A stretch of DNA of 64,000 bases from Bugula neritina (taxonomy: Eukaryota; Animalia; Bryozoa): positions 12,638,642 through 12,702,641 of the forward strand of contig OZ037770.1 in assembly GCA_964035545.1 (NCBI GenBank), in the 5' to 3' direction. Every line of letters begins with the position of its first letter. The stretch's first letter is position 1. Below the pieces are notes generated by a model. It ran no database searches, was not told the DNA's origin, and worked only from the letters and a program-made list of their open reading frames with translations. Shown piece by piece: positions 39,101 through 52,633 of the stretch. Both the position numbers and the translations under genes were made by a program.

Positions 39101-41336
39101 TCCAAGACTTGATCTGGAACCATACCTGCAATTTTTTTCCCTGTCCTGCATACGGTGAATGAACCCTTTGCAAACATTCCATAAACTTCTGGAGCAGATT
39201 CAGGCAAATTTAGCATATCAATAAGGTATATAGGTAGCCACCTTGAGTAGTTTGTGCAATCATACGCAAAAAATACTGGTAGCATTGCCTGCATACTGTC
39301 CAAATATAATTGCCAGTTGCCACTACGCTCAGCTCGAATAAATCCCAACATGGCTTCTACTGCATGAAGGTAGGAATTCCAGAACATTGAAAGGTTAGAT
39401 TTTAATTTAGTATCATAATCAAACTTTTTTATAGCAGTAGCAACTTTATCTGCAACAGTGGTCCATTCACGCAAGTTATCGTCAATAGAAATACGTATTA
39501 TGAGACTCTAATGGGTCAAACTGATCATTTTATTGAAGCCATTCCGAAGAGATTTTAGTTTCTGCCTTGATATTGCCTCATACAAAATCTTGTGTGCCCG
39601 TACACCTCTGTTATAATGCTTACCACATAGCACCTGTTTCACTGTAACTACAGAAACTGTGTACAAGAACTTGGGCGAGGCCACTTGATTTTACCATTTT
39701 GCCAAGTGCTGCCATGTAATTCATCAAGATATGAAAACCGCCCATTCGAATTATTGTGTTTGAAAATTCAGTTGGTTTGTTCCATTGAATCTCTTTGGCC
39801 ATCTTGTAGATAGCTTGGTCAAATGTAAATACTGAATGTTTCTGATTTAAAACTTTCATAGTTTTCTTTAGCTGCAGAAGGATTGTATAAATTGTTGATG
39901 GATCTGTTGATGGTGCATTAATCATTGGGCAATACCCAATGACTGATCTTTTATTATCTTCTGTGGCAACCAAATTTCTTACATTAAAGCTACTTCAGCT
40001 GGGGCAGTTATGTATAGAAGGACTTATATCCAATTGAAATAGTTCGATTGGGGCAAGTCTTGCCAATAGCCATGCTGTATTTAGATTACATGAATCCTCA
40101 AGTGACTTTTTCATATTCAGCAATGTCTCTTGACTAAGTTTTGTGATAAAATATGATTTTGAGAGCAACGCAGATGTGATTTTAACAGCATGTAAATGCA
40201 AAAAAGCAGGCTGTAAGAGTAAGGCATGCAAATGCAAGCGCCTGGTGATGAAATGCTGTAGTTTATGTGAATGTTTCGATTGCAACAACGAAAGTGGCCA
40301 GTCTTCTTTTTCAAACAAAGAGCCTGATTATGATGATGATGGCAACAAACACAGTTCTGATGAAGAATTATAATATATTTAATTTGGTATATAAACGCTA
40401 GAGATAACAAAACTTTGTAATAAAGCTTGATCTATTGTAAATTAAAATTTTAAATACTATCTTATTTATAAATAAATACAATTACAAATGTCTACCAATA
40501 TCTGATATAAAAGAGCATAGTAATTGCTTGTGATGCTGAAATCATAATATTACTTTTTTATGAACCATATTTTATGTTACTATACCTATGGATAAAAAAA
40601 TCGAATATTAGTGGCCTGTTAATTATTGCTGACACTCAATTTATACAGTAAATATTGAATATTATTACTCAATAGTATTGATCGTAATCAATGATTCAAA
40701 ATAAGTCAATAAGCTAATATAAATACACTAAGAATACATTTTTATCATGCTGATGTTGTTCCTATCAACAAAGAGCAATATTATTGGGTAGAGATGCAAT
40801 AATTTTTAACGGAGGAGATAACTCCCGTTTTATGTTTTTTTATTTGTCATGGTTGGGAAAGATGTTATATAGTTCAGAACGTAATGAAAATCGGAGAGCA
40901 TTATTAGAACACAATAGAGTATTTTCATACCAAAAATCAACATTCTAAATGCTAGAACAGAAAAGTAGCAGTTTAGAAAATATCCGGTATATGCAAAAAA
41001 GTAGTTTGTCATATTATAGGCTCCGCCCACTTTTTTATTTTTGGCCCAAACTTTTGTTAGAGAAAGTTTCATATGTGTACAACATTCCTTGAAAATATTT
41101 TTAATGTCAAACTTAAACTACTCAGAGAATTAAATATTTAGAGTTCCATAGTCCCCCCTTGAAAAATGCTGAACCCCTGTATATCCACCCCTCTCATGAG
41201 AGAACCCCCCCTGATACAAAAAAGGTACTTGCAGATCTGAGATCAGTAGAATGTTGGCTTTGCAGTGATATATAGCAACAAAGGTTAGTATTGATGTGCT
41301 CCACCCGCCCATTTTTGCATGTTGGCACCCCCACTA
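36158..41336. mobile_element. Academ-like (XPG/Cys8, AcademX-type) DNA transposon derivative with ~1.19-kb inverted arms
   Basis: Termini TAGTGGGGGTGCC...GGCACCCCCACTA. 36158-37347 is the near-perfect reverse complement of 40146-41336. A disrupted transposase lies inside. No TSD (TAT vs AGA). Confidence 0.85.
37120..40145 (-). pseudogene. Disrupted Academ-like transposase (N-terminus missing)
   Basis: Motifs FTFDQAIYK, RMGGFH, HYNRGVRAHK, FIRAERSGNW, DQVLEQTLNRDSK, IIDGM, RVDVVFDVY, RSVDTDV, LHALTGCDSVS, LPPS..HVKQANYQ and C-terminal CKCKKAGCKSKACKC..CCGLCECFDC. Several stops and frameshifts. Confidence 0.85.
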
Positions 41337-41622
41337 AGAGTATATAAACACTTTACAAACTTAATACAATCAGTTGGCAGCACTCTTTAACAAAACTGTA
41401 CTTATTATTTTATTCTTCTACTGGTTTGACAATATATTATTTACTGGCACAGTTTATGAAGGACCCAAGAGGTTAGTTACTTTTATTCATATTATTATCT
41501 GAATTATTATTTTATAATAAATTTACTTTATGGTTTTTGTGAGCATTACTTTAATATTTTTAACTACATTTATATGCATGCAATCATTTATATAACTTTT
41601 GCCTTTCTTATTTAGTTTTTAC

Positions 41623-41676
41623 CAGCAAGTTTATCACAGCAAGTTTATCACAGCAAGTTTATCACAGCAAGTTTAC
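41623..41676. repeat. (CAGCAAGTTTATCA)n 14-mer, ~4 units
   Basis: Directly visible. Confidence 0.8.
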
Positions 41677-43488
41677 CAACAAGTATAACCAATAAACTTC
41701 TGCGTTCGGAAATCCTGGTTTAATTCATACGGGGCCAGTAACAAGAAAAAAACTAAATAATTGGCCTAAGATCAAACCTCATGACAGAATTTCTATTCAG
41801 AAATATTCAGATTTCTTGTGCCAATGTGAAGCTGCCATGCTTAGATTTGATGAGTTAAATATTCTCAATGATTCCCAGCAAAATAAATCCATGCACAGTT
41901 GGTTTAAGGTCATACTTTTCATTTTCTGGCTCTTTGCCAGGTGCTTTATGTTCTATATGAACAATGTTCCACTGATAGCTCGAAAAGGTTGAATGTCACA
42001 GGAACAAAAAAAATATAAAAAGATAAAGAAACTTATGTTCTCCAATATACTTTTTTATTTTTTTCAAAAGCCAATTCATGTTTAAGTTATAGCTTGTTGA
42101 AAAACATAGTCCCCCTTCCACATTCTTTTCAATTTATACGCTCCTGACTTGTTATTGTGTCTCAATATGCCTTGTATTTGAGTGCTTGTTAGTCTCGCTT
42201 CACTAACTTTGCCTATACTTCACAAGTGCCAGTGCTGCTGGCTCAAAAGCTAAATGTTATAAACTGTCAGCTAAAACCCAATCTTGTATTCCTAGGTTGG
42301 TTGCCCTAAATAAAACAATAGTCAAATCATGATTTCATGTTTTAAAAATTTACTCTATTCTAACCTGCTGCCTAGCTAGTTCTATTTTTGATGTATAATT
42401 ACAAAATTTGTGATACATTTTTTTGGCAACCATGTAATTTATAAAATGCAGTAATGGTACTTATAATATTATATTATTATCATTATAATATATTATATAG
42501 TATTATGTGTGTTTTTATTATCCTGCATAATATCTAATTTATTATTGTTGTTGTGCAAACAAGTGCAATTAACCTAGTTTTCAAAATGTACCTCTAAATT
42601 ATCAGAATATCAGTTTAGATATTTTCATGCTTTGTAAGGTAAACCTAAAAAAGAGGCTGTATTCCCAAAGTAAAGGGTGTTGAACTTTGAACTATATTAG
42701 ATTAGCCACTCTGCTACCAAGTGCATCAGTATAATATTATATGAATAGCTCTGATGCTTTGTCTCCGGTGGCTGGCTGCGATATGATAACTTGGCCAACT
42801 TCCAAGAGTTTAAAATTGGCGCAATTATTCAAGAGGTTACATACTGCACAGAGCTAGCAGTGATAGTAACCTTGCTATTGGCAGTACTTATTACAACTGC
42901 CAGCATATAAGCTGCATTGTAGAATGCCGTTGGGGCAGGCTAGTAAAACCAAATTCTGCTCTCTAATATACCTTAGACAAAATGCAGCAACATAATTTTT
43001 AGTTTCAAATTACATTTGCCACCCTTACATGAGCTGTGGGCTTCATAAAGATTCATATGATTAGAGATTTATGCTATAGGCCCTATCTGTGCTAGTGTAT
43101 GATGAAAATAACACACCATTGTCAAAGTTAACTTCAAGTATGTTGTTTTCCAGAAACTCAGTAATGTCCATTTATCTCTCGCATACAAATACTTATGTAA
43201 TACCATACAGTTTAAGTTTTATTTTAGAGCACATCTGCAAACTCTACAATAAGAGCTTGTTTTACCAGTCTATTTCAGACCTGTTTTTGTAGCTAGTAAT
43301 ACGCAAGCTACTTATTTTTAAACTTTTGGGCTATTTGTTCAAAACCATTAGCTTTGCTAGTAACCCGAGACTATTGCAACAGTTGACTGCTATCAACATG
43401 AATTGACAGCCTAATAATTATAACCCTTTTGCGCGCGAAATATTTATGTAATGATAGTTACTCATATAGTGCGCGTCTTAGTAACGAT

Positions 43489-43570
43489 GACTGCGTGGTC
43501 TAGAGGTTAGAGGCGTCAGCGAGGAGTTAGTTGGTTATGGTTCAACCCTGTTTTGTCACAATTTTTTTTT
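43489..43570 (+). other. tRNA-like Pol III-type head followed by a T-run
   Basis: CGTGGTCTAGAGGTTAG (A box-like), GGTTCAACCC (B box-like), then a T-run; no cloverleaf. Confidence 0.45.
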
Positions 43571-44467
43571 GTCAACTTATGCAAATCCTACGCATGTATA
43601 ATAAATATGGCTATAATTGTAAAGTTTTTTTTAACTTTTGTTCAACAGTAAGACAACATACATGCATAATAATTAGATACTGAACACTGGACTAAACCTT
43701 AAATTGATCTTATAGAATACAATGTACTTAAAATAATCATATGTGAATTAGAGAAACTGAAAGTACACCTGCTGCTCTATAGACAGACCTTTACTGACAA
43801 GACTGCAAAGTGAAGTGATTTAGCTGAAATTAACTCTGCCAAACAAACAAAGAATTATGTTGTGCTGAGGCATTTTCAATATATTATTGTAACATAGCGA
43901 GATGATTCAGCTAAGTGCTAATGTAAAACAGGGAACATTATATTGGCAGAAATCCAATAGATTGCCAATTTGTGCGAGAGGGTACTATGTGTTATTGTGA
44001 TAGCGCAGAGCGGCAAACGTACTAGGAATGTTATAATTAGTCACAGGAGCGTAGCTAGAACCACCATATGAAGAATTTAGAAAATTGCAGTGAAACTTGC
44101 AAAATGGTGTATGTTTTTACCAAATTGTGAAGAGCATAAACAGAATTTCAAAAAACAAAGAAAGTATATTAGAGAAAACATATCAAGGAATGTCAAGTTT
44201 AACTTTTATACTTTATAAAATGAATCCCCTGTGCTACAGCAGTGGAACATGGAGGGTGTAAAATTTTACTTATTATGCAACAACTTTCTCAAAAAAATTT
44301 TTATTGAAAAATTAAAAAAGTATATGAAAGAGGAATGCAAGAGCTATCTTTTCATGTAAAATTTGTTAATGTGAGACAAAAACTGTTCGAGCTATCCCCT
44401 GGAAACCGTTTATATATAACATAAAGCAGTGCCTGAATGTGGAAAGTAATGACCTTAAACCAACTGT

Positions 44468-47400
44468 GTGTATGAAAAACTTCCTGAGTGGATGTCAAGT
44501 AGGTGGAAAAGGAAGTTAATGCAATTTAGAAAGGCAAATGGTGCTTATCCAAAGTTTGGCTTGTTTGTAGAGTTTGTAAAAACTGAATCTGATATTATTA
44601 ATGACCCTGTGACAGCTAGTGTGGACCATGCTGATAGGATAGATGCTAAAAGACCAATAAGCAGCAGTTATAGTAAACCAGTGGCTAACACACGTGTAAC
44701 TTCTCTTACATCAAGCAAGCACTGTATATTTTGTGACATGAGTAACCACGAAATTGATGAATGCTTCAAGTTTGGCAAGTTGTCAGTACATGAAAGAAAG
44801 CAGTATGCAAGTAGATATAGGCTTTGTTTTCAATGCCTTAAGGCAAATCAGATCAAGGCTCAATGCAACAAAGTATGTATCTGCAAAAAATGCCAAGGCA
44901 AGCACCCCACTAGCATGCATTATGGTAGTACACGTGACAATGCAGGGAATATTGGAAGGTCTCCGTCTAATAGTGGAAGTTATACCCAAAATGATGGTCA
45001 TTATAGTAGCAAAGTTACTAGCAAAAGCAGTGTAACCAATGATAAAGGAAATGTAGCATCAAACATAGATAGTGCTAGCAATGCAAACAACTGTAGTACT
45101 GTAAGAGCTAATTCTGGCCTGAGTTCCATGGTAGTGCCAGTCTGGCTGTGTGATGCAAGTGCACCCGAAAAGGAAATCTTGGTATATGCTATGCTTGATA
45201 CCATGTCTGACACTACCTTTATTACAACTCAAGCAGCAGATTGTTTAAATGCACCAGGTGAAGCAACCTCATTAAAACTTACAACTATGAATGGCACTAA
45301 AAGCTCAAATGAATGCTGTAGGTACAGTGGTTTGATGGTTCGTGGGTATAACAATGCTGACAAAATAGCTATTCCTTGTGCATATTCAACTAAAGTTATT
45401 CCCCTTGACAAGTCACATATTCCATCTGCCAAAGTAGCAAATGCATGGCCTCATTTGCAGCAAATAGCACATGAATTCCCAAGTCTTGAAAATGTACCAG
45501 TTTCTATGCTAATTGGTTATGATGTGTCTAAAGCACTTATGCCACAGCAGTTAATAGTAGGATCTCATGACACTGACCCATTTGCTGTTAGAACACCTCT
45601 AGGGTGGTGCATTGTGGGAAATACCAGCTACCCTGGCAGTAAGCAATTTAGCACGTGCTGTAGGACAGTAACCTTGACCAATGAGCATGCATGCAAAAAT
45701 GAACAGACAGCTGTAACCTTTGATTGTGCTACTGCAAACTCAAGCAAGCAAATATTGCCTCAAAATGTACTTGAATTGCTACAGCAAGACTTCATGGAAA
45801 ATCAAACTAGAGCATGCACAACTATGTCACAAGAAGATAAGCTATTTGTTTCCAAATTAGAAGCAGGTATTGAGCAAAATGAAGGGGGTTATATCACCAT
45901 GCCTTTGCCATTTAAAACTGATGCCAAGCCCTACCTACCCAATAACCGCTTGATGGCTGAAAAGCGACTTGAGTCACTTAAGACTAAACTTAGCAAGAAT
46001 TAGCACTTGAAGCAGGATTATTTAAAATTCATGAATGACGTAATTGATGCTGGTGATGCTGAGCCAGTGCCAGAGTGTGAAAAATCTCAAAACAACAGTA
46101 CATGGTACATACCACATTTTGGTGTCTATCATCCCAAAAAACCAGGGAAAATCCGAGTAGTTTTTGATTGTAGTGCTAAATATGCAAACTTGTCTCTCAA
46201 TGACCATCTTATTCAGGGCCCTGACCTAATGAATAGGCTGGTAGGTGTTCTACACAGATTTAGAAAAGGCCAAGTAGGGATTATGTGCGACATACAGAAA
46301 ATGTTCCACATGTTCAAAGTTCACAAAAATGACAGAGACTACCTTCGGTTTTTATGGTACACTGATGCTAGTTTAACAAAAGTAGCAGAGTACAGAATGA
46401 CTGTACATTTGTTTGGTGCGACATCTTCACCAGGATCGCCACCTTTGGTTTACGTTACTTGGCAAATAAAAATCACGATGCAAACGATGAACACAGTGTT
46501 AGAGCTAAAGATTTTATAATCAATGATTTCTATGTTGATGATGGATTATTGAGCTTAAATTCAGTAACAGACATGGCCAATGTAATTTCTCAAGCAGTGG
46601 ATCTTTGCAAAACAGGAAATATTAGGTTGCATAAGTTTGTAAGCAACAGTACACAGCTCCTAGATACAATACCAAATTCAGAAAAAGCTGAAACAATTAA
46701 GGACCTGAATTTGAACACAGGCAACAGTGTTCTGCCCATGGAAAGAGCATTAGGCATTAAATGGTGCACGCAGTCTGACAATTTTAAATTCTCAATGAAT
46801 CTCAAACAAATCGAGCCAGCTACAAAGCGTAGAATTTTGTCAACAGTAGCATCTTTATTTGACCCTCTAGGCTTCTTATCTCCTTTCATACTGTGTGGCA
46901 AAAAGATTTTGCAATCTATATGTAAAGATGGGACAACATGGGATGCCCCAGTAAATGAAGATGTTAGTGCTCAGTGGCTCTCCTGGAAACATGAATTTAA
47001 CATGCTAGACAATGTAGCAATACCTAGATGCATATATCCTGCTAATTTTGATACAATTGTGAAAACTGAGCTGCATCACTTTTCAGATGCTAGTGCAATA
47101 GGTTATGGTCAATGCTCCTATATCAGACTTGTAAACAACCATGGTGATGTTCATGTTGCTTTGCTTAGCGCTAAATCCAGAGTAATTCCATTGAATAAGT
47201 CAGTAACCATACCTCGGGCTGAACTACAAGCAGCTGTAATGTCTGCAAAATTGGCTGATTCTCTTAAAGCAGATCTTAAAATTGAAAATATCACAGATGA
47301 AATATTTTGGACAGATTCAAAAGTTGTTCTAGGCTACATAACCAATGAGGTAAAGAGGTTTCATGTTTATGTTGCAAATAGAGTGCAACAAATTAGAGAT

Positions 47401-49152
47401 CTTAGTACACCTAACCAATGGCAGTACATTAACACACAATCTAACCCAGCTGATATAGCATCTAGGGGAATTTCATCTATTGCCAAGTTGCTAGATTCCT
47501 GTTGGTTCAATGGGCCTGGCTTTCTACACGAGCCAGATTTGACTCACATGCTAACCACTCGGAACAAATTTGATATTGCTAGTGATGACCCAGAGGTCAA
47601 AGCCACCACACATGTTGTTGCAGTAAATGACCTCAGTAAATCATGGAATGAGAAATTCAAAGCTTTCTCTAGCCTCTCATCAGCTGTTAGAGCAATTAGT
47701 ACACTACAAAAGATAGCTAGGGCTAAATGTAAACAAACCAAAACCACAGTTATGTCAGATGTGGCATCAACTGAAAAGGCAGAGATGCAAATTTTAAAAT
47801 GGGCTCAAATGGAGTTCCTAGCTAATGAATGCAAGGAAATTAAGGCTGGAAAAGTTACCAAGAGTAACGAAATACTCAAACTTGACCCATTTACTGATAA
47901 AAATGATATGCTAAGAGTAGGGGGAAGACTAAAAAATTCAAGCCTTGCCTATGGTGAAAAGCACCCTATTATTTTGCCAAAAAAGTCTCACATCACTAAG
48001 TTAGTAGTTGACCACTGTCACAAACAAGTAATGCACCAAGGTCGAGGGATGACAATTGCTCAAATTCAAAATTCAGGCTATTGGATTTTAGGCTGTAATT
48101 CTTTGGTCTCCTCTCAAATAGCTAATTGTGTCACATGTAGGAAAACACGAAGTGCACCAGAAATTCAAAAAATGGCAGATTTACCATCTAAACGAATAGA
48201 ACCAACCCCTCCATTCACGTATGTAGGCAGTGATTGTTTTGGCCCATTTGTTGTTAAGGATAACAGAAAAGAATTAAAAAAATATGGGGTTATATTCACA
48301 TGCATGGCTTCTAGGGCTATTCACATTGAGTTAGTGGACGATTTATCTACTGATGCCTTTATAAATGCATTGCGCTGTTTCATAGCTATTAGAGGGCCCA
48401 TCAGACAATTACACACTGATAGGGGAACTAATTTTATAGGTGCTGCTAATGAGCTAGCAAGTGTTGCAAAAGAAGCAACTAGAAAAATTGAAAGCTTTTC
48501 TGAAAGTAATAGCTTCGAGTGGGTTACAAACACTCCCCACTCAAGTCACATGGGTGGTGTCTGGGAGCACCACATAAGAACAATCAGGTCTGTCTTAAAC
48601 TCAATGCTAGCTATAAACAGCACAAGGCTAGATACTAGTACACTGCGGACTTTATTATATGAGGTAATGGCAATAGTTAACTGCAGGCCACTAATATCTC
48701 AAACAGATGAAAGTTACCCAATGCCACTAACTCCCAACCAACTATTAACTATGAAGTCCAAAGTAGTGTTGCCTCCTCCTGGTCAATTTGATGAACAAGA
48801 TGTATACTGTAGAAAACGTTGGAGAGTAGTTCAAGGGTTGGTAAATCAATTTTGGAAACGTTGGCGCACTCATTATTTGCAACAAATTCAATCCAGGCCA
48901 AAATGGTTGAAAAGGGCTGCTAACATTGCTGTGGGAGATGTAGTACTTTTAGTTAGTGATGACAAAAACAGGCGAGATTGGCCATTAGGCAGAGTAGTGG
49001 AAGTATTTCCTAGTGATGACAACTTAGTTAGGAGAGTTAGGCTTAGCATAGCTGATGCAGAAAAGTTAGACAGAAAGGGTAGAAGAATAAAATCAGAAAC
49101 ACAGCTTAAGAGGCCAATTCAAAAACTAATCTTCTTGTTTAGGCCCTCCTAA
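44468..49152 (+). pseudogene. BEL/Pao gag-pol polyprotein, interrupted (ORFs 44468-46003, 46007-46519, 46459-49152)
   Basis: Domain order gag-PR-RT-RH-IN; one stop codon and one frameshift. Confidence 0.9.
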
Positions 49153-49247
49153 ATTTGATACGTGCCCTAAATGAATTAGAACCTACTGAAAGTTAATTTT
49201 TTTGAATCAGTTTAGTTAATTTCCCTGAGTGAAATTAAAGGGGGGAG

Positions 49248-49947
49248 TGTAAAGGATCTAACAAAGAAGCATGATAGCCCTTGTTACAAATACCACTAGA
49301 ACTTTTATTTTTAGCTTTTAATGGTGATATTTGTTATTATTAGATAGTTCATTCTCCTGTGCAGCAGTCAGCTGCCTAATAATAGGTAAAGCCTAACCGC
49401 CACCTTTGTTGAAGTCAGCTTTTAGGGTTTGACAGGAACTGATCCATCTTCCTTTATGAGGTCATTACATGTGCCCCATAGTTAGCTGACCCTAATTATA
49501 GCTAAATTTAGATGTAATTACCTTTTCTTTGTGATTGCCCTGGTATTTAAGGCAGCATTGAAACTCCAAAAAGACAGTCACTCATGTAGCCTAAGCTGAG
49601 CTACTTATTTTGTTAAGTTAAGTGACAAAGAGCTAAATTTTGAAGATATTATAGCAAGCTCGTCAAGAGAATAAAGGTATTTTATTATTATTCTTTGCTA
49701 TTTTTAACTTGATAATGCTTTATGTCTTTTATTACAATTTTTATTGCTGTTATATTTTAATATTATATCGTGATGTTTGCTGGTATTTGAACAACTGTAT
49801 TGTATGAGTTTTAGCACACCTATATGTATTCTTTATGTTACTTGTAGTTTTTATGATTTAGAAGAAAATTAATAAAAGTGAGAGATTTGTTAAAACTTCT
49901 TCTCAGTCCGTACCAAAACCATTTTTGTGGCGAGACCTTGCTCAACA
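49248..49947 (+). repeat. 3' LTR of the BEL/Pao element (~700 bp)
   Basis: Polypurine tract AAAGGGGGGAG ends at 49247, then TGT...ACA. TATA-like TATTTAA near 49544 and AATAAA near 49871. The right boundary coincides with resumption of duplicated host sequence at 49948. Confidence 0.8.
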
Positions 49948-51636
49948 GATAGGCTACTAAATAATGTAATATGTGGTGTAATCACGTGTCTGTCACATGA
50001 ACTATTTTCATTACTTCATCAATGATAACCTCACATGCCTTTTACACACAGAGAGCTAGTAAAATAGTTGTGGTTAAATTAAAGGTGTGCATTGCACTGC
50101 AAGAGATCAAGGGTTAGTTAAAGGTATTTGTGTACAGTCTGCTCAGTAAATTAGAGTTGTCATCTTTATGTGATGAATATACTACATATAGTTTGGTTTA
50201 CTAAAATGTAGAGGAGTGCATGGGTAATTAAAATATTGCATCTGCTAGAAAATGAATTTATTTGATTTTTTTTCATTTAAGATGATGAAAAGTTTGATTC
50301 TCTCCACTCTTTTGCTATTCTAATTTTGTTTAATGAATTTTTTTTTGAAATTTGAAGGAAGTTACTGTCAACACTAGTGTTGCCATCTACCCTAAAATTC
50401 AGTAACTGTTTACATGATTATGTAGATTTTTAAATATGGAGTTGTATTTCCAATTGTTTACCTTGTGTGAAAAACAACTTTTACTATGAACTTGGTCAAT
50501 CATTCTGCAATACATGGATTCAAACTAGTAGTTTCTGCAAGGTTAACTCGAACTATGCTGCCAATTCTATTAATTTTGTTGGTTTATAATAATTTATTAA
50601 TTCAGCTTGTAATGTATGTAGACATACTATTGTTGCTGGGAATTATATTTGGAAAAAATAATGTTGATTTATAAATATATTTGATTATATAGCATTGGAT
50701 GTGTTACTTGCAAACAGATTAGTTTTTTAGAGTCAATTGTTAATGAAATAAGTTGAGCAAATAATACTAGGAAATAACACTTTTTCTTAATTCGATAATA
50801 GCTATGTTTCTCAACACGAGGCTAAGGTTTTGTAACTTACAGACTGCTACTCAGTATTTTTTTCTCGTGAAACAGAAATATGTTGGCATATGGCAATCAG
50901 TTAGATGTTAAAAGTTGAGTTTTTGAGTCGTTTGCTATTCATGAATAATGGAGAGTGACTGAATAATCGATTTGAGTTGATTAAATTAGGCATGAAATAT
51001 AAATCCAACAGATTTTACTTTATATTAATTCGTCATCTATGTTGACTAGTTCACCAAACGTCAGTATTTTTTCTTCATAGTTCAGGAGTTTAATGTTATA
51101 TAAATGTTGAATGTGCAAGAATAATATTTCTTACAGAATTTTGACTTCTCCGAGTTTGATACGATGAAAGTGAGGGAAGAAGACAACTTCAGGTTGATCA
51201 CACAGCTCAGTGATGGTTGGCTAGGATTTAAAGAAAATCAGTAAGGTGCTGCAGTAATTCAAATTAATTTCTCTCTTGATTGCTGAATCAAATGATTCTA
51301 GAAAGCTATATGACTTTAGTTGACTTTGTTATTTTTTTAACTTTTTTTATGTTTTTATTTAAATTATTCTAATTCTTTTTAATTTATGGATGTGCTTTTA
51401 TAAGGTAAAAATGTGCGGGGAAAAGTTTGTATACTTGTACATTTGTAGATTGATGAATGATGCAGTCATTTCAATGTATTATTGGCGATTTGTAAATATT
51501 TATAGCATAAAATTTTCACCCAGTATTTTGTTTGCATTATGTAAGAGTCCAAAATCAAATATATGTTATGCCTAGTAGTAACTTTATTAAATTACTTATA
51601 ACAGTATTTATTTTGTTATAGCTTCTCAGGAATAAG
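49948..51636 (-). repeat. Segmental duplication copy C: orphan copy of the sulfotransferase upstream region
   Basis: Direct repeat of ~54995-55082 plus 58696-60322, lacking the Academ insertion. No coding sequence is attached. Confidence 0.88.
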
Positions 51637-52096
51637 TATCAGAAATGTCAATAAAATTACGCAACAACAAATCATAAAAAATCATTTTCTATCTTTCACC
51701 TCATCAGAACACTTGCTTATCATAACCCTTAATCTACTGTTCAAATATTTAGTAACTTATTCTGGGTCATGACTGTGTTGAAACAGGTTCTGATATTTTA
51801 CACCTCTAACACCTTATTAAACTTCATATTGGATCATAAGAATTTAGTAATTTCACTGCATTTTGTCAATTTAGCCTGTGAGTCAATAAGCAGAAGTTGC
51901 AACCTTGCATGTAAGGGCAACTTTTAGAGCTTGAGCAAATCAAAATTAGTAAACTATAAAAAGATACTTGAGTTTAAACTACTAACTCACAGAGTCAATA
52001 CTGGTTTAAATTTTGTTTCACTGCGCTTGCACAGTTAGAGGAACTGTACAGCTCAATAAAGCAGTATACAGCTTGTAGTGTTGTGTTTTCTCAGCA

Positions 52097-52170
52097 GCCC
52101 CTGTAGTGTAATGGCTTAGCGCGCCTGCTTGCATGACCGGTGGTCTGTGGTTCGAATCCTGTTGAGGGTG
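52097..52170 (+). other. tRNA-like sequence (pseudo-tRNA or SINE head)
   Basis: A box TAGTGTAATGG and B box GGTTCGAATCC at tRNA spacing, but the acceptor, anticodon and T stems pair poorly. Confidence 0.55.
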
Positions 52171-52418
52171 ATTATTTTACAGAGCTTACATGCATTCTCT
52201 CTATAAAATCAATTATTCTGGACAATTGGATGAAGTAATTGATTGATGGCATGATTTATTAGTTTAGCTCAATGAAAAGCTACACTCTCTTCATTACCCA
52301 CACATTACATAAACAATTTCACCTAGCTCATTCCTCATCATATAATACAACTACACAGATGTTTCTCATCAGTGAGCATTCCCCAATAGAACTCAGTCTA
52401 TAGCTGTGCAAAACAAAA

Positions 52419-52633
52419 GAGCAGCCGCGGACTAGGGGTTAGAGTGTTTGCCTAGTAAGTACGAAGTAATGGGTTCGAGCCCACACAAAGGCCATTGGTG
52501 ATGTTAGGAAGAGCACCCAGCCATAATTGCTCCTGTGCCTCATCTAAAATAAGTCCTTAGACCGCTTTAACACAAACTCTTTCTATCTGGGGTTTCTTAC
52601 AATGAAAACTACTATAAACTTGCTGTGAGTTTT
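52419..52633 (+). mobile_element. tRNA-derived SINE (duplicate of 35833-36048)
   Basis: Same sequence, with TSD TATA(G/A)CTGTGCAAAACAAAA at 52399-52418 and 52634-52653. Confidence 0.8.

Larger units (their letters stand above)
44468..49947 (+). mobile_element. BEL/Pao LTR retrotransposon, 5'-truncated and defective
   Basis: Gag with three zinc knuckles (CIFC..H..C, CFQC, CKKC..H...H), protease AMLDTMS, RT (KIRVVFDCS, CDIQKMF, DFYVDDGL), RNase H (LHHFSDAS, IPRAEL, WTDS), integrase (HHCC, DCFGP, TDRGTNF, GGVWE). In-frame TAG at 46001 and a frameshift near 46440. No 5' LTR in the window. Confidence 0.93.

Noticed and set aside
40143-40373. Independent metallothionein-like Cys-rich gene
   Set aside because: It is the inverted copy of the transposase C-terminal Cys8 domain and lacks an ATG start.
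46001-46003. Programmed gag-pol read-through stop
   Set aside because: The TAG falls after the protease and before RT. BEL/Pao elements usually have a single ORF, and a nearby frameshift indicates decay.
52097-52170. Functional tRNA gene
   Set aside because: The T, anticodon and acceptor stems have multiple mismatches; kept only as tRNA-like.
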